A stretch of 64,000 nucleotides of DNA from Babesia bigemina (taxonomy: Eukaryota). Location: contig NC_027219.1 of the NCBI RefSeq assembly GCF_000981445.1, positions 1-64,000 on the forward strand. Reading direction: 5' to 3'. Made by a program: the position numbers and the translations under genes. The stretch's first letter is position 1, and each line of letters begins with the position of its first letter. Of the stretch, positions 33,235 to 45,336 are shown piece by piece. Under the pieces are notes generated by a model. The model ran no database searches, was not told where the DNA came from, and was given only the letters and a program-made list of their open reading frames with translations.

Positions 33235-34110
33235 TTACGCCAAGCCAGCGTATGGCATTGGACGGAAGGCAGGGTAGCGGTCAATATTCATCTCCTCGGG
33301 AAATTTGTCACCGACGAGGTTATTTGTGTATGCGCTAGAGAGCTGGGGTGCTCTGGAAATAGAGCCACTTAGTTCATAAAACACTCTGCGGATTTTATCG
33401 CGATACCTGCTACAGACGATGATAATGATCATTGCGACTGCAAGCGAGGCGACCACTATAGTGCCCTCGTGAATATACGAGTGTTGAGAGCACAATTTGC
33501 CACACATGTAGCATTTAGCGACGCAATTGCCGTGCCCGTCGGGTTCGCCGCGGATACATCTGCACTTGTTATCGTATTTGCTCTTGTAGCATTGGCAGCT
33601 GAAGTCAATGCGTTCGTTATTACACGTGCAGTTCTCTACGTATACCGGACGACCATCGTCATCGTACGTACCGTGGCCCTTACACATGCCTTCAGGACAT
33701 TTCCCCAAAACGTAGCCGTCGCAAGTGCCTTTACTCTGACATTTTCCAGGATTGCAATAGTAACAGCAGGCACAGAGGAAGCCATTACATTGCGTTCCGC
33801 AGCTGCAACGATAACATATACATGCTTTCCCCCTTTCGCACTTTTTCTTGCATCGCTCACAATTTTTATCTAATCCTTTACAGTTGTTGTCACTACAGTC
33901 TTCATAACAATCTTTCTGACAACCACAAAGGGGAGTACAGCATTTACATGGTTTTCCATCTTGGCATTTCATTTTTTCGCAGCCCTTACATCCTGGGAGG
34001 CAGCCCGACTTGTACTCCGTACAAGTGGACACATAACAGGTCCCACCTGAGCTGTGCGAACAACTATTTGTGTAACATACACACTTATTCGTCTTCTGCG
34101 CCGCCGCCAT
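33235..34110 (-). CDS. Cys-rich single-pass membrane protein (291 aa), function unknown
   Basis: ATG ORF with about 40 Cys in the first ~210 aa, TM (IVVASLAVAMIIIIVC), basic stop-transfer segment and cytoplasmic tail. Confidence 0.82.
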   Translation of the reverse strand: MAAAQKTNKCVCYTNSCSHSSGGTCYVSTCTEYKSGCLPGCKGCEKMKCQDGKPCKCCTPLCGCQKDCYEDCSDNNCKGLDKNCERCKKKCERGKACICYRCSCGTQCNGFLCACCYYCNPGKCQSKGTCDGYVLGKCPEGMCKGHGTYDDDGRPVYVENCTCNNERIDFSCQCYKSKYDNKCRCIRGEPDGHGNCVAKCYMCGKLCSQHSYIHEGTIVVASLAVAMIIIIVCSRYRDKIRRVFYELSGSISRAPQLSSAYTNNLVGDKFPEEMNIDRYPAFRPMPYAGLA

Positions 34111-36492
34111 CCTCCCCGCTGCCTTTACTCACACGCCGCCCGGGGCAATACACAACACACTTCAAGCCTCCGCCATATTTGAAAAGGCATAGTTTACGGA
34201 GCTTATGTCCACACATGCAAGGCGCTGTGCATCGAGCTGCGCATGCAAACTTGAACCGCAATCCCAGAGCAGTGACACCGAAGGCATCATACGCACTACA
34301 TGTGTTGACGAGGCGACTTAACAGCATGACGGCATAGGCAGTGCACTATGTCACATTGCATTTACTAACACAGCTACATACCCAACTAGCTCACGTCACA
34401 CCGCCTTACCACCGCCTCTGATGTCGCACTGCCACGGTAGCGTGGGGCAACGCAACTAATTGTAGACTGTTGATTCCATTAAACTTGCCGCGAAGTCTAA
34501 ACATATATCGCCGACTTACGTTCACATTTACAGATATTTTTAGCTAGAAGCTACTTGTACTCCAAACGTATGAAGTGATGCGCAACGTTCGTGCGTGCCA
34601 ATTCAGCCTCCCCTCTGAATGATGTCACGGCAAATTGTCTGTGCTGTCACAGTGATTGCATATAACAGATCACCGCAATTGCCCACAATAGGTAATTCGT
34701 ACACATTGCTTTGTCCACTTTTATTCACTCACTTCATAGTAGCCCTTCGTCTGTCACCAATGCATTACCAGTTAACACTCACTATCGAATACAATAGGTG
34801 TGGCAAACAAGTTGTGCCTTTTATCGCCGTGTATCGATTATTAACCGCATCGATTACGGGCCTATGAAAATTAACTTTGGCAGCATTTGCTAATACAAAC
34901 AAGGCTCTGCCCATCAATTACTACGACCGTCGCCGTCCCACTGCTCATGCAGTCTGCGCTGGTTGCAAGAAATAGAGGAAAGTGGTGCTATCATTCAATG
35001 TAATTCGGTTTATAAACCTTCATAAGTTCACAATATTTTCGCCGATCCGTAACCGCGCTTAAAAATTATGACTGCGACGTATCTTTCCGTAGACCACCAT
35101 CAAGCGTAAGCATTTATAAGTCATCACTTGTACGCCAGTCCTGTGATATGAGCGGTGGAATGGCGTTGAATGGATGCCGGTGATTGTAATAGCAGTCAGA
35201 AGACCGGAAAATCGAATGCTGGGCACTAATCACACGCTCAGTGGTTCTGTAAAATGCTTAGTTACATCGCTTCCCGGTGTGTCCCTGATACATCTAAATA
35301 TTTGAACAGATGTCTCCCGCCTACTTCGGGTTTCGTGAGCACCCGTACTGTGGGCCTCCACGCTACTCCACTTCAGGCACTATCCGCTAAAATATAATAA
35401 CCTAATGCGCCCCAAGAGCAACCCAGCACACAATATTGGTGAACGTTGTCGGTCTAAGCAGGTTGCAAAAGCCAAGTGCTCTAAGCCACCGACGTCATTT
35501 CATACCGAACCCGCAATTACCCCGGGTGATTGGTCACCAAATCAGATGACCGGAGGTATCGTTAGATATAAGGTGCCAAATCAGTCATTAGGCGAGGTGG
35601 TACGACGTTGATATCGACATGAGGAACTATGTCATTTGTGGAGGCGTGCCCATCTGCGGGAGGTCCTGATATCATGCGACGTGATTGCCACGGTTGAGCG
35701 CAACTAATTAGGCCTTCTGAACATGAACATGGTTGATAGTAATACTGTAATAACATCCATCCACTAAATTAACAACGTGGAAGTTGCCAATAGGGTGGAA
35801 CATGGCGGCTGCGGTGACAGTGGAGTGGCATATCCGGGGATGAGTTGGAACTAATCCGCTTTGATTCTAGTTTAACATAAATACACGCTAACAAAATTAC
35901 AAATACGCGTAGTTGTAGGCGTCGTATACCGCTGCTGCCATCGCGTGAATGTAGTGGTACTGGCGGCGAGCACGTGGCGGTCGCCTGGACGCTCCGGGAA
36001 CGCCTAAGGGAGACGGCCTGGTGAATTCAAGGTTTAGATATGGTATATATGATGTGCAATATACACGGAAATCTCGTGGGGTATGCCACTTTCCGGCCGG
36101 GTTCCATTTTTTCACGCCGGTCTGCCTCTGGGCTTGCTGGACTCTTGGGCTTTAGACCTTTCTCACTCCACAGGTGAGCGTACTATATGATCAAAGTATT
36201 GCTAAATGTAGTTGACGGGTGGAGCGGGCTTATTTTTGCCTGCGACCCCGATTTTTTAATTTTTTATTATAATGGATTTTATCACTCAGCATCTCACCTA
36301 GTAGCTTTGCACGTAGATCACTTGGTGTGTAGACACTGGCGGCTTCTGAGTGTGGCAATACTCACGGGTCCACCTCGAGCTCCTATCGCTAAGACATCTT
36401 CTAGCTCACAGCTTTAGATGTGCTTGATGGTGTTCGTAAGCGTCACTTGGCGCATCTTTTAATGTAGTATTCTGCCTGTCTTTATATGCACC

Positions 36493-39400
36493 ATGGCGAA
36501 GACGCATGGATTCCTTTTCTCCAGTCTGAAGGACTGTTTCGTGTTTTTTAGTTGGTTGCACGAGGGGGATGGGAAAGTTTATCTTGAACCCGTGATCAGT
36601 TACCTTCATCAACGTGTTTCTAAGTACTATAACTGGATTGATAGTATTTCAATAAAAGTGGAATTGTCCAACTTTCTCGGGCATGTAACCAGGTTTTACG
36701 GGAAATTGGTATTTACTGTAACAAAGGACGCCGCCTCAATTCCCGGTGACAAAAAAATGAAAAGCGCAGAACACATCGTCAACGCTCTCTTGGAGTGTCT
36801 CCCCAAGTTCCTCGCTGCGATGTACTATCTGTGGTACAATGTGGATGTGACATTTAGGGGAGTGGGCGGCGGCGGGTGGGCGGAGAACTGGCTTGGGTAC
36901 GGCGGCGGTCTAGACACATACCTCACTAAACCGTACCGCAGTGCGTCCGGCGGCATCATACCTGGAGGGTTTGAGCTTCGCGAGTTGAGGTATGGTTGGG
37001 TTTACGCTAATTACACCCAGGGCAAGAAAATGACAACTGATCTCAGATGGATTTTGGACAAGAAAGTTGAACAGAATTACTTCCGCGACGTTTTAGCCCT
37101 CTCTACTATCATCGACTCTGGCACTGAGAGTGTGAACACTGCTAATGCCCTTGCAGTAGTCAACTTATTTTGCGAGATTGTAGCCGAAGAGGCAAAGAAA
37201 AAAGAAAGTGGAAATTTGAGGAAGAAATTGGATGAAATGGTTAAGCCAAAATGTTTAAACTGGACAGAATTACAACTTGTTTGTAGTGCAATCAAGACTA
37301 GTTATGCCAATATGTTTACGCATGGCCCTTTTGACATTACTGGAGAGGCCACGAAGGCTTCGTATCTTAAGTCAGAGGATTTTGCTGTGCATTTTGCTAG
37401 GTGGTATAAAGAAAAATTTGAGCGTATTTTACAACATGTAGGAAAGATGCATTCATTTGTTACCGAAAGTGCATCCTTCAATAACCGCTCCCTGGTGACG
37501 ACTGTTTTTTATCCCAACGGCATAGTTTATAAGGGAAATAACGTGGTGCAAGCGAATGGATTTTTGGAACATTGGGAGTGGACAAATGCACTTGAAAGTT
37601 TTGTTGATGATAACAGAGGTCTACGAAAGCTTAAAGAACTTTTGGATGGCACGGATCAAGGAATCTGCTCTCCCCCAGCTCCGACTCCAGAACTCCGACC
37701 TACGCCGGCGCTAGCCCCAAGACTCGCCAGACCTGCGCCGCCACCTAAACCTACCAACACCTCAACAGTCAACTCATCCGGAGCTCAAGGTTCTAGGGGA
37801 GTTGTAGCGAATAGTCATACTACTCATGGTAGCCGGCCGGCGTCTGGTGTAGGAGGGGGGAGAGGAGGAAGAGGGGGAACGTCTCACAGCAGAAGTGGCG
37901 CACAACGTAGGGGCACTGAACCCCAACCAGTGGCTCAAAAGCGTGCAGATTCGCCACCTCGTGTTCAGGCTTCACCAGCTCAAAGAACTACTCAATCTCA
38001 GCCAAAGTCAGCACCACAAAATGCGGCAAATTCTGACAGTCAACGAGTTGCGGACATTCAGTATACCGGTGGAGTTAAAGGGCTGCCAGCTCCAAGTGTT
38101 TCAGTGCCACAGAATCATGCTACATCGTCGACAATAACAGTTCAAAAGCCTGACATCCCATCTCTCAGTGCTCAAGCAAAAGCAGACCATAGCAGCTCAG
38201 CTATTGCTGCCACTACTCCTAGACCCAGCGGCTCCAATAGTGATTCAGGTAATCATGTGAGCGTTGACCAGATGCGTGGTTTACAGCCTCACGGCCAACC
38301 TGAGTCAGTGTCCTCTGTGCTGAATCCCCAAAATGGTCAACCCTTGCAGCCCGATAAAGATGCCGCTGATACGCATCATGCAACTGATAGAGCTGCTTCA
38401 GATGGAAGTAATGGCATAGGAGTAAATGTACAGGCAGGGGAGATTGGGAGTCCTGGTGGATCAGATTCTACAGGTAGTTCTACGTCCCCACTGCACCCTC
38501 CTCCCCCAGCACAGCCCCAACCCTTACCTGCTAGCCACGATGTTACTGCAGTTCCTGAAGCCCCCAAGGAAGTTGTGCCGGAAACGAAAGTGCCAGTTAT
38601 GCCACCTAAGAAACCCGAAGTACCGCCAAATACGGCTCCGATAATGAGTGAGTCCCCAATGGCCGTTGCCACAAAAACGGAGGCAACTAAAACAGAAGCT
38701 TCCAAGCCAGTTGTAGCCAAAGCCGAGTATGACGAATCTGTGAATAAGACTAATGATCAAAACAGAGATACGTTTATAGGTCCTGCTGTTGCAAAAGATG
38801 TCGCACCATCACCTCGCAGTGATTCAGCAGAAGCAGGTCCAACAGGGTCACCAGTAGTGCATAGCACGCCATCGCCTACTCTTACAGATTCTACGGTGTC
38901 TTGTATTTCATCTGAACCCAATACTGTTCAGAACCATACGTTAATTCCTTCTACAGCCGATACATCTCATTCACGACCCACCACTCCCACAGGTGATGCT
39001 GTAGCCCCGGGCTCCCCCAGTAGGTCTATCAGACAGGGTGTGGGTTTAAATGACGATGCGCATTCAGGTAAACAACTTGTTTCATCTCCACGTTCTGAAC
39101 CTTCTCAATCTTCAAATGGTCAAGCTCAACTGCAAGGCCATACAGAACCCTCTACCTCAATTCCTGCTCCCGTCCCTCCTAGTACGTCTGGTGATGCGGA
39201 TCAGAGTTCACAGGGCGGTGCTTCTTCAAGTCAGCAGCTTGCTGTCTCTCAACCCTCCGCGCAACCTCATCTCACGGCTCAAAGTGCGGGGCCTGAACCA
39301 TCTGCGGCCTCTAGTCCGGGTAATGATCAGGGAGATTTACGACAAAGTCAACAAAGCGGAATAAGTAATGCACTCGAATCAGACACTGTCACAACTATTA

Positions 39401-42400
39401 CATCACCTGACCGAAGTTCAGTTGATGGTGACGGTGGAGCTTCTGGAAGCGGTGGGAATGCAAGAGGCGGTGCGGATGGCGGTTCTCAGTTCGGCTTTAA
39501 TTCTACTCAACCTCATGCGCAATTGCCCAATCCAAGTGATGCAAACCCAGCCGCCACAACGTCTGTCGGCAGTGGTCCACCGGTTAGTCCGGACCTCACT
39601 CCCATATCGTCACCGCAAGAGAATTCGCATGATCAAGGTGCATATGAAAGCGCCAAAAGCACTGCAACGGTTTCACAAAACGATGCTTCAGATATCGCGG
39701 GTAGAGCTGGTGCTGCAGGTACACCAGTTCAACAAACTGTTGACAATGAGGGTAATGGATCTCAAGGTCAGCCAAGTGTGGCAGTGCCTGATCCTCCGGC
39801 CGCTCACTCCAGTCCTATTGGACCCACTGACACTGATGGTACGCCAGGTGACGGTATTGCGGGTTCACCCGGCAGTGCTTCTCCAGGTTTGCAGCCTGTT
39901 GCATCTCAAGCCTCTGCGCAACATCCAAGTGTTCAAAGTCCAGACTCTGGGTCATCTGGTTCCCGTGCGTCCAGCAGTGGTAACGGCCAGCATGGTCGGG
40001 CGGCTTCTCCCAACCCCCATCAAACAGAGGATCAAGAACCTCAGGCAGGTAGAGACAATGTTAGCACTTTAATTTCGACAGACACGCCATCTGGCAACAT
40101 TACCATAAGAGACAATTTAGGGGTGGTAGAGAGTGCAGAGATGGGTAAGCTTTGGGCATACAATTGGGATTATAGAGCAGATATGAAACAAAAGTGGAAA
40201 CAATTTAAAGAAGAAAATAAGTGGATTCGAAACCAAGAAAAGGCACACCGTATTCAACGAGAAGGTTTACAGAATTATTACAGCCATTTGCAGCCACATA
40301 TGAGTCACTACGAGCCAGTCATCGGTATTCCTGTTCCAGATTGGCGCGATTTTGACGTGGATGGCGAAGTCGTGAAAAACGACAATGATCCGGAGTTGCA
40401 GAAGAAGAATTTTATGGAAGCAAGTCATGAACGTCTTTCAATTGCACGGCACGCAAATGCGCAACGAGACAGAGAAAATCTAAGACAAGCGATGACAAAG
40501 TCAGCGCAACTTGGAAAAGCTGCACAGAAATGGCAGCGTGACCACCAGATGTTAAGCACCTTGCTAACTGGCAAGGCAACACCAAACGCTAAGGGTCTAT
40601 CGGGTAACACATCGCCCACAGAATTCCCTCATATTGGAGTTGCAGTGGGCTACCCGATAAAGCCACCAAAATTGCCAAAGAGGATTTCCAAATTTATCGC
40701 TCCAAAAAACCCTAATAAGACAGGCACTTTAACGCAGAAACGTACAGAGTCTCTCATTCACAATCAGAAACTAAAAATCCCCTGGGTGCCTCCTCCCCCA
40801 ATGAAGTCACCATCTGCCCCTCCGCCTCAGCCTATCATTGATTTTGATGTCGAACAAGTGTATAAATCCAAGAACGTTTTTAAAAGTGACACGTTAAAAA
40901 CCACCTACATACCAGTTGAATTGATCGATCCGGCCTTGCCGTTGGATTATTATCCTGGACCACCTCAGCACGTTCAGTTACCCCAGGACTCCAATCCAGA
41001 TGTTGACAAGATGCCTGCATTAGACTTCTGTGTACCTCTGTGGACGAGCCAGACACCCAACGACGACTTTGACGATATACCGGAGATTGAGTTGTTCCCC
41101 GCCGAGGCGCCGCGTACTATCAGGGATATGCTTCGCTGGATAGTCGGGATTCGAAGGCCGAAACACCTTGAAGTTCTGGAGAAATGCATTAACGATGCTC
41201 TCGGGAAAGTGCCGGACGGCGTACCTGGAAATCCTACACTCTGTGTCAGCAATACCAAACTGAAATCTGAGGATGTAATTAAGGCTTTGAAACTTGCCTC
41301 CATTTTTTCGAGTTCCGTGCTCTCCGCCATCGAGCCGGACTGGAAGCAAAAGTCATCGAGGTCTGGCACTGTTAAACGTAAGGATACAGATCACGATCAA
41401 GACCCCGATGGATGTGCTCTGCTATGTTGCCTGCAGGACTACGTCTACGCGTGCTATCACCAGTTGGCGTTTCTGCGTTCGCAGTGCGCTGGCGATAAAT
41501 TCCGTGGTGGTTGGATGGGTTGTCAGTTTGGACGTGATGTCACCGCTGACTCCCCCCTGCAGGCTTTCCTGACTGACGCCTACTACTCCAGGTTCAAGAC
41601 GCACCTCTTCGACCCGTGTGACGTCTGCCTCAAGAGCCGTATCAGGATGGGATTCAGGAAGGGCGATTTCTCTAAGAGCGCCAAAGATGGCAGCTACATC
41701 TATTACCTCCTGTCGCCGTCCTGCAGCGGCGATGATGACCCCTTGATGACGTTGTCTTCTTATCTCAACTGTCTAACCAGGCGGACGCCGAGGACGACAG
41801 GGGAGCTCGTCTCGTTCTTCCAGCATTTCGGGAGTGAGATGCGCAAGGATGTTATAGGAATCTTGTCCGACATGGGCAAGGCCCTGTCCACTCCACATCC
41901 CAACTGCCCTGAATGGGACCATCTTCGTCGCCACGACTTGGACGCTGTCCGTGGCATACGGGTTTCCGAGTCTCCTGTCTCCAAACACGACAATGACCAC
42001 GCCGGGACCCTATCCACACTGGTGGGCTGCGACATGACCAATGTGCAGTGCACAAAACTGCTGTCGCCCATCACGCACCGGGCTTACGCAATGTACTCGC
42101 CGTGCTTCGTCCACACCTACTTGAGCTGGGCGGTCTACCTGGCCGACACACTCCGCGAGTCACTCGACAGGTTGCGTTACGATTTCACTAGGCACAACGT
42201 TTCCAAGTGCGGATCAATTCATCACTGCCACGACGCCCTGCCCTACCTCTACTTTCACGGGTTCACGCCGCCGGAGGGCACACCAAGTTCATCACTCACG
42301 TGTTCACAGGTCATCACCAAGCTGAAGGAAGTGGTAAACGGTGGGCCAATCGCAAAGCTCATCAACTGCATGGACGACTTCTTATACAGGGTTCGGTGGC

Positions 42401-42633
42401 CATTCATCTACACGGTCATCACGCTGTGGTCCACCGCATTCCTCTTGTTCGCCCACACGGCGCTATACCGCCTGGACGTGCTGCGCATACAATCTCACTT
42501 CATGCGCTCCAGGGGATCTCACGTCATCGATGTCAAGGCGTTACTCACGGAAGGCACGAAGATGCCCTCGCTGTACGACATCGATTACTTCGACGACGAA
42601 GCACTCGCTCACGCGTGGAACAGAATTTATTAA
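36493..42633 (+). CDS. Large ves-superfamily surface antigen-like protein (2046 aa), inverted paralogue of 18884-24979
   Basis: Homologous N-terminal domain (SLKDCFVFFSWL, LLECLPKFL, GGGGW.ENW), low-complexity centre, ves-like C-terminal domain with TM and YRLDVLRIQSH tail. Confidence 0.88.
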   Translation: MAKTHGFLFSSLKDCFVFFSWLHEGDGKVYLEPVISYLHQRVSKYYNWIDSISIKVELSNFLGHVTRFYGKLVFTVTKDAASIPGDKKMKSAEHIVNALLECLPKFLAAMYYLWYNVDVTFRGVGGGGWAENWLGYGGGLDTYLTKPYRSASGGIIPGGFELRELRYGWVYANYTQGKKMTTDLRWILDKKVEQNYFRDVLALSTIIDSGTESVNTANALAVVNLFCEIVAEEAKKKESGNLRKKLDEMVKPKCLNWTELQLVCSAIKTSYANMFTHGPFDITGEATKASYLKSEDFAVHFARWYKEKFERILQHVGKMHSFVTESASFNNRSLVTTVFYPNGIVYKGNNVVQANGFLEHWEWTNALESFVDDNRGLRKLKELLDGTDQGICSPPAPTPELRPTPALAPRLARPAPPPKPTNTSTVNSSGAQGSRGVVANSHTTHGSRPASGVGGGRGGRGGTSHSRSGAQRRGTEPQPVAQKRADSPPRVQASPAQRTTQSQPKSAPQNAANSDSQRVADIQYTGGVKGLPAPSVSVPQNHATSSTITVQKPDIPSLSAQAKADHSSSAIAATTPRPSGSNSDSGNHVSVDQMRGLQPHGQPESVSSVLNPQNGQPLQPDKDAADTHHATDRAASDGSNGIGVNVQAGEIGSPGGSDSTGSSTSPLHPPPPAQPQPLPASHDVTAVPEAPKEVVPETKVPVMPPKKPEVPPNTAPIMSESPMAVATKTEATKTEASKPVVAKAEYDESVNKTNDQNRDTFIGPAVAKDVAPSPRSDSAEAGPTGSPVVHSTPSPTLTDSTVSCISSEPNTVQNHTLIPSTADTSHSRPTTPTGDAVAPGSPSRSIRQGVGLNDDAHSGKQLVSSPRSEPSQSSNGQAQLQGHTEPSTSIPAPVPPSTSGDADQSSQGGASSSQQLAVSQPSAQPHLTAQSAGPEPSAASSPGNDQGDLRQSQQSGISNALESDTVTTITSPDRSSVDGDGGASGSGGNARGGADGGSQFGFNSTQPHAQLPNPSDANPAATTSVGSGPPVSPDLTPISSPQENSHDQGAYESAKSTATVSQNDASDIAGRAGAAGTPVQQTVDNEGNGSQGQPSVAVPDPPAAHSSPIGPTDTDGTPGDGIAGSPGSASPGLQPVASQASAQHPSVQSPDSGSSGSRASSSGNGQHGRAASPNPHQTEDQEPQAGRDNVSTLISTDTPSGNITIRDNLGVVESAEMGKLWAYNWDYRADMKQKWKQFKEENKWIRNQEKAHRIQREGLQNYYSHLQPHMSHYEPVIGIPVPDWRDFDVDGEVVKNDNDPELQKKNFMEASHERLSIARHANAQRDRENLRQAMTKSAQLGKAAQKWQRDHQMLSTLLTGKATPNAKGLSGNTSPTEFPHIGVAVGYPIKPPKLPKRISKFIAPKNPNKTGTLTQKRTESLIHNQKLKIPWVPPPPMKSPSAPPPQPIIDFDVEQVYKSKNVFKSDTLKTTYIPVELIDPALPLDYYPGPPQHVQLPQDSNPDVDKMPALDFCVPLWTSQTPNDDFDDIPEIELFPAEAPRTIRDMLRWIVGIRRPKHLEVLEKCINDALGKVPDGVPGNPTLCVSNTKLKSEDVIKALKLASIFSSSVLSAIEPDWKQKSSRSGTVKRKDTDHDQDPDGCALLCCLQDYVYACYHQLAFLRSQCAGDKFRGGWMGCQFGRDVTADSPLQAFLTDAYYSRFKTHLFDPCDVCLKSRIRMGFRKGDFSKSAKDGSYIYYLLSPSCSGDDDPLMTLSSYLNCLTRRTPRTTGELVSFFQHFGSEMRKDVIGILSDMGKALSTPHPNCPEWDHLRRHDLDAVRGIRVSESPVSKHDNDHAGTLSTLVGCDMTNVQCTKLLSPITHRAYAMYSPCFVHTYLSWAVYLADTLRESLDRLRYDFTRHNVSKCGSIHHCHDALPYLYFHGFTPPEGTPSSSLTCSQVITKLKEVVNGGPIAKLINCMDDFLYRVRWPFIYTVITLWSTAFLLFAHTALYRLDVLRIQSHFMRSRGSHVIDVKALLTEGTKMPSLYDIDYFDDEALAHAWNRIY

Positions 42634-43436
42634 TGACCGTCGTACGATAGCTGCCCACGCTTGTTGCTGAGCATTTATAATGTGGAATTACCGGCCGATG
42701 GTGCCGAAGCACGGCTGGGGTGGTGTAATTTGATACAGCCCTGTTGCTCATACTGCTGTTAGTGGTGGTGTGGCAGCACGGAAATTGCGGCTTAGTATAG
42801 TTACATATTGTTCAATGAACTGTGTACCATAGGCCCAGCTGCCATCGTATGGCTACATTTTACCACAGATGTGACAGTGCCGCATTAAGCTACCAGCCGT
42901 TGCGTCGACTTGGGGTTTCCAGTGTCGTTGCTTCCAAACGAGCGAACACATTCGGCGCAGTAAACATTGCTAACGCGTACATGGACGTACTATGCAATAT
43001 ATGGATGCGTCGGATCGGGTTTTGATCGATATGTCGCCCATCTTCAGCTTGTCTGTACGTATAAGTTGCATTACTAACCTCCGAGCTACATGTTGAAAGC
43101 TATAGATATATAGCTTAACACTCATGTGAGGTAAGTATGAGGTGTTATTCAGTCACCCTTAGGGAGTTACCTCCAATGTACGTAAACGATGCGCGCTGTC
43201 TACACATTGTCTACACACTCGGCTCTCATAATTAGACCCATTTCGACAACAACCGACTCCACCTGCTACATACACTTCCTAAAACTCTCAATTTGACTGC
43301 CTATAATATATTCAACGTCACCCATCCTTACACATGCCACGCAGCCTTCCTGGAGCCGGCGTTGAGGGTGTGTAGCATCCTTGCGTAACAGCGGCATCAC
43401 ACATCATGTTTGTCTTTAATATTTAACACTTGCGCA

Positions 43437-45273
43437 ATGTCGGCGGCGGGTGTGCAACGGGAAGGCACGGTGCTGCCGACGGTGAAGTTGTCGGAGCTGA
43501 CGTCGCGGTATGTGCAGCGTCGAGGAATCTAACCGGCCGCAGCGACGACATCGATGACGATCTCACGGACACTATCCTCGTGCTGAGGCAGACTGAGTCG
43601 CCATCCGATGTGAGTTGATCCCTTGAGGCGCCCAGGGCAAAGTAGACACAGGCATCCTCGGAGGACATCGTGATCAACGTGCACAGCGGCGTGTTGCGAG
43701 TGGCGTCGCCGTTCTTCATGCGCGCGTTCAACGATATCCAGAGCACCGAGAGGATACGCCAGGACCTCGGCGGAGTGTGCCAGGGAAGGATTAAGTACAC
43801 GCTGGTCACCCCTCACCCGCTGGCGGTACAGAGGATACTGTACTACATTTACAAGTGAGTTCGATCTCCTCTGCCGCATGCTGCCCAGGAATGACTACCA
43901 GAACGTGACCGAGGAGCCTCAGCTGCTGGTGCCCATGTACCAGGAGTCCGCGCGCTTCGGCCTGGCCGACCTGAAGCAGAGCTTGCTGAGGATCATCCGG
44001 AGCCAGCAGAGCCTCCAGGTCCTTGCGAGCCTGTCTTACGCGGCCGAGAGCTCCGGGGAGGTAGAGCTGGCACGCGACTGCGGAAGGGTGTTGGCGGACG
44101 CCGCATTCGCCGTCTTCTCGGGTAGGCAAAAAAACCTGTGAATGCCCCATCCACTCGCTCTCAGGGGGCCTGCTCCAGCGCATGGGAATGGCCGCCATCA
44201 AGGCACTGCTGGAGAGCGACAACTTGCAGCTGGACGAGGTGCAGACATTCACCGCGTTGTGCCAGTTCCTCGAGTCGAACGCGCGGTTTGTGAGCCCGTA
44301 CGCGTCGGCACCGATAGGCCCGAAGGAGAAGGTACGTTGCGATTACCACTGATGACGCATTCACCAGGACCTGTTGCAGTACGTGAGGTTCTGTTCGATG
44401 GCGCCGAAGGCTATCGACCAGCTGAGGCACGACAACCTCAGTTCGCTGCTGCTCGACGCCGCGCTCCGCATCCTCCAGGGCGCCACCAAGAAGCCGCGCC
44501 ACTTCCCGTGGACAGACAACGCCGATTACACGTGCATGACCTACAAAGGGCTCTTTCCGGTGCTGGTGGTCCGCGCGTCGAGGGAGCAGCTGGGCCTCTT
44601 CGACCCCAACACGGGCAACGCCAAGCTAGTTACGCCGAACATCACCAAGCTCCAGTCAGATCCTCGATCCGGCCTCTCGTTCACCGTCGGCACCGAGCGC
44701 GAGATGAGCGTCTGCTGCTGGGCGTACGAGGTCTCCAAAACCAAGAGTGGCAACATCGCATTCGGAATCGCATTCGCGTCGCAGGACCCTATAGACGACG
44801 AGTCACGCACGTGCTTCGTGTCGATGACCAGGTCCAGGAGGGTGGTGTTCTACTACGAGTTCGCCGAGGACACCTTCAAATCCGGGTACATCGAGCCAGG
44901 TGCCAACAGGTTCGCCCTCCACCGCGGCGCTCATCCCATCGCAGGCAAATCAAGGCGGAGTGGACATACGAGTCCAAGCCCGGGCAGTACCCGCACAATC
45001 TGAAGCAACGAGACATCGTGACCGTGAACGTCGTCGTGGCCACCAGCTGTGTCGCGTTCTCAGTAGGCGTCCTCGGCACGTCCTTGAAGCGCTCTTTCCA
45101 GATCCCGCACCGCACCAGTGTCAGTTTAGAGTCACCAAGCCTCTCACATCTCACAGGGCGTCTTGGGGAGTGTGATGAGGAAGCCATGCATCGTAGGCGC
45201 GCCGTTCTTCATGCTCCACGACATGGGCGACTCCCTCTGCATCCCGGAGCTGCGAGCCGACTTCACGGTCTAG
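43437..45273 (+). CDS. Multi-exon BTB/POZ-domain (BTB-BACK-like) protein
   Basis: Spliced reading gives DTILVL...INVHSGVLRVASPFF...ILYYIY...ARFGLADLK, a typical BTB pattern, then LLESDNLQLDEVQTF (BACK-like); several ~35-nt GT-AG introns. Confidence 0.65.
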
Positions 45274-45336
45274 AGGGATTAGATGTCACTGTAATGTTTA
45301 GCTGAACACCTGTCTCTATGCATAAGAATACGATGC

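Noticed and set aside
42705..42790. Possible tRNA-like segment
   Set aside because: No GTTCRA T-loop and no complete cloverleaf
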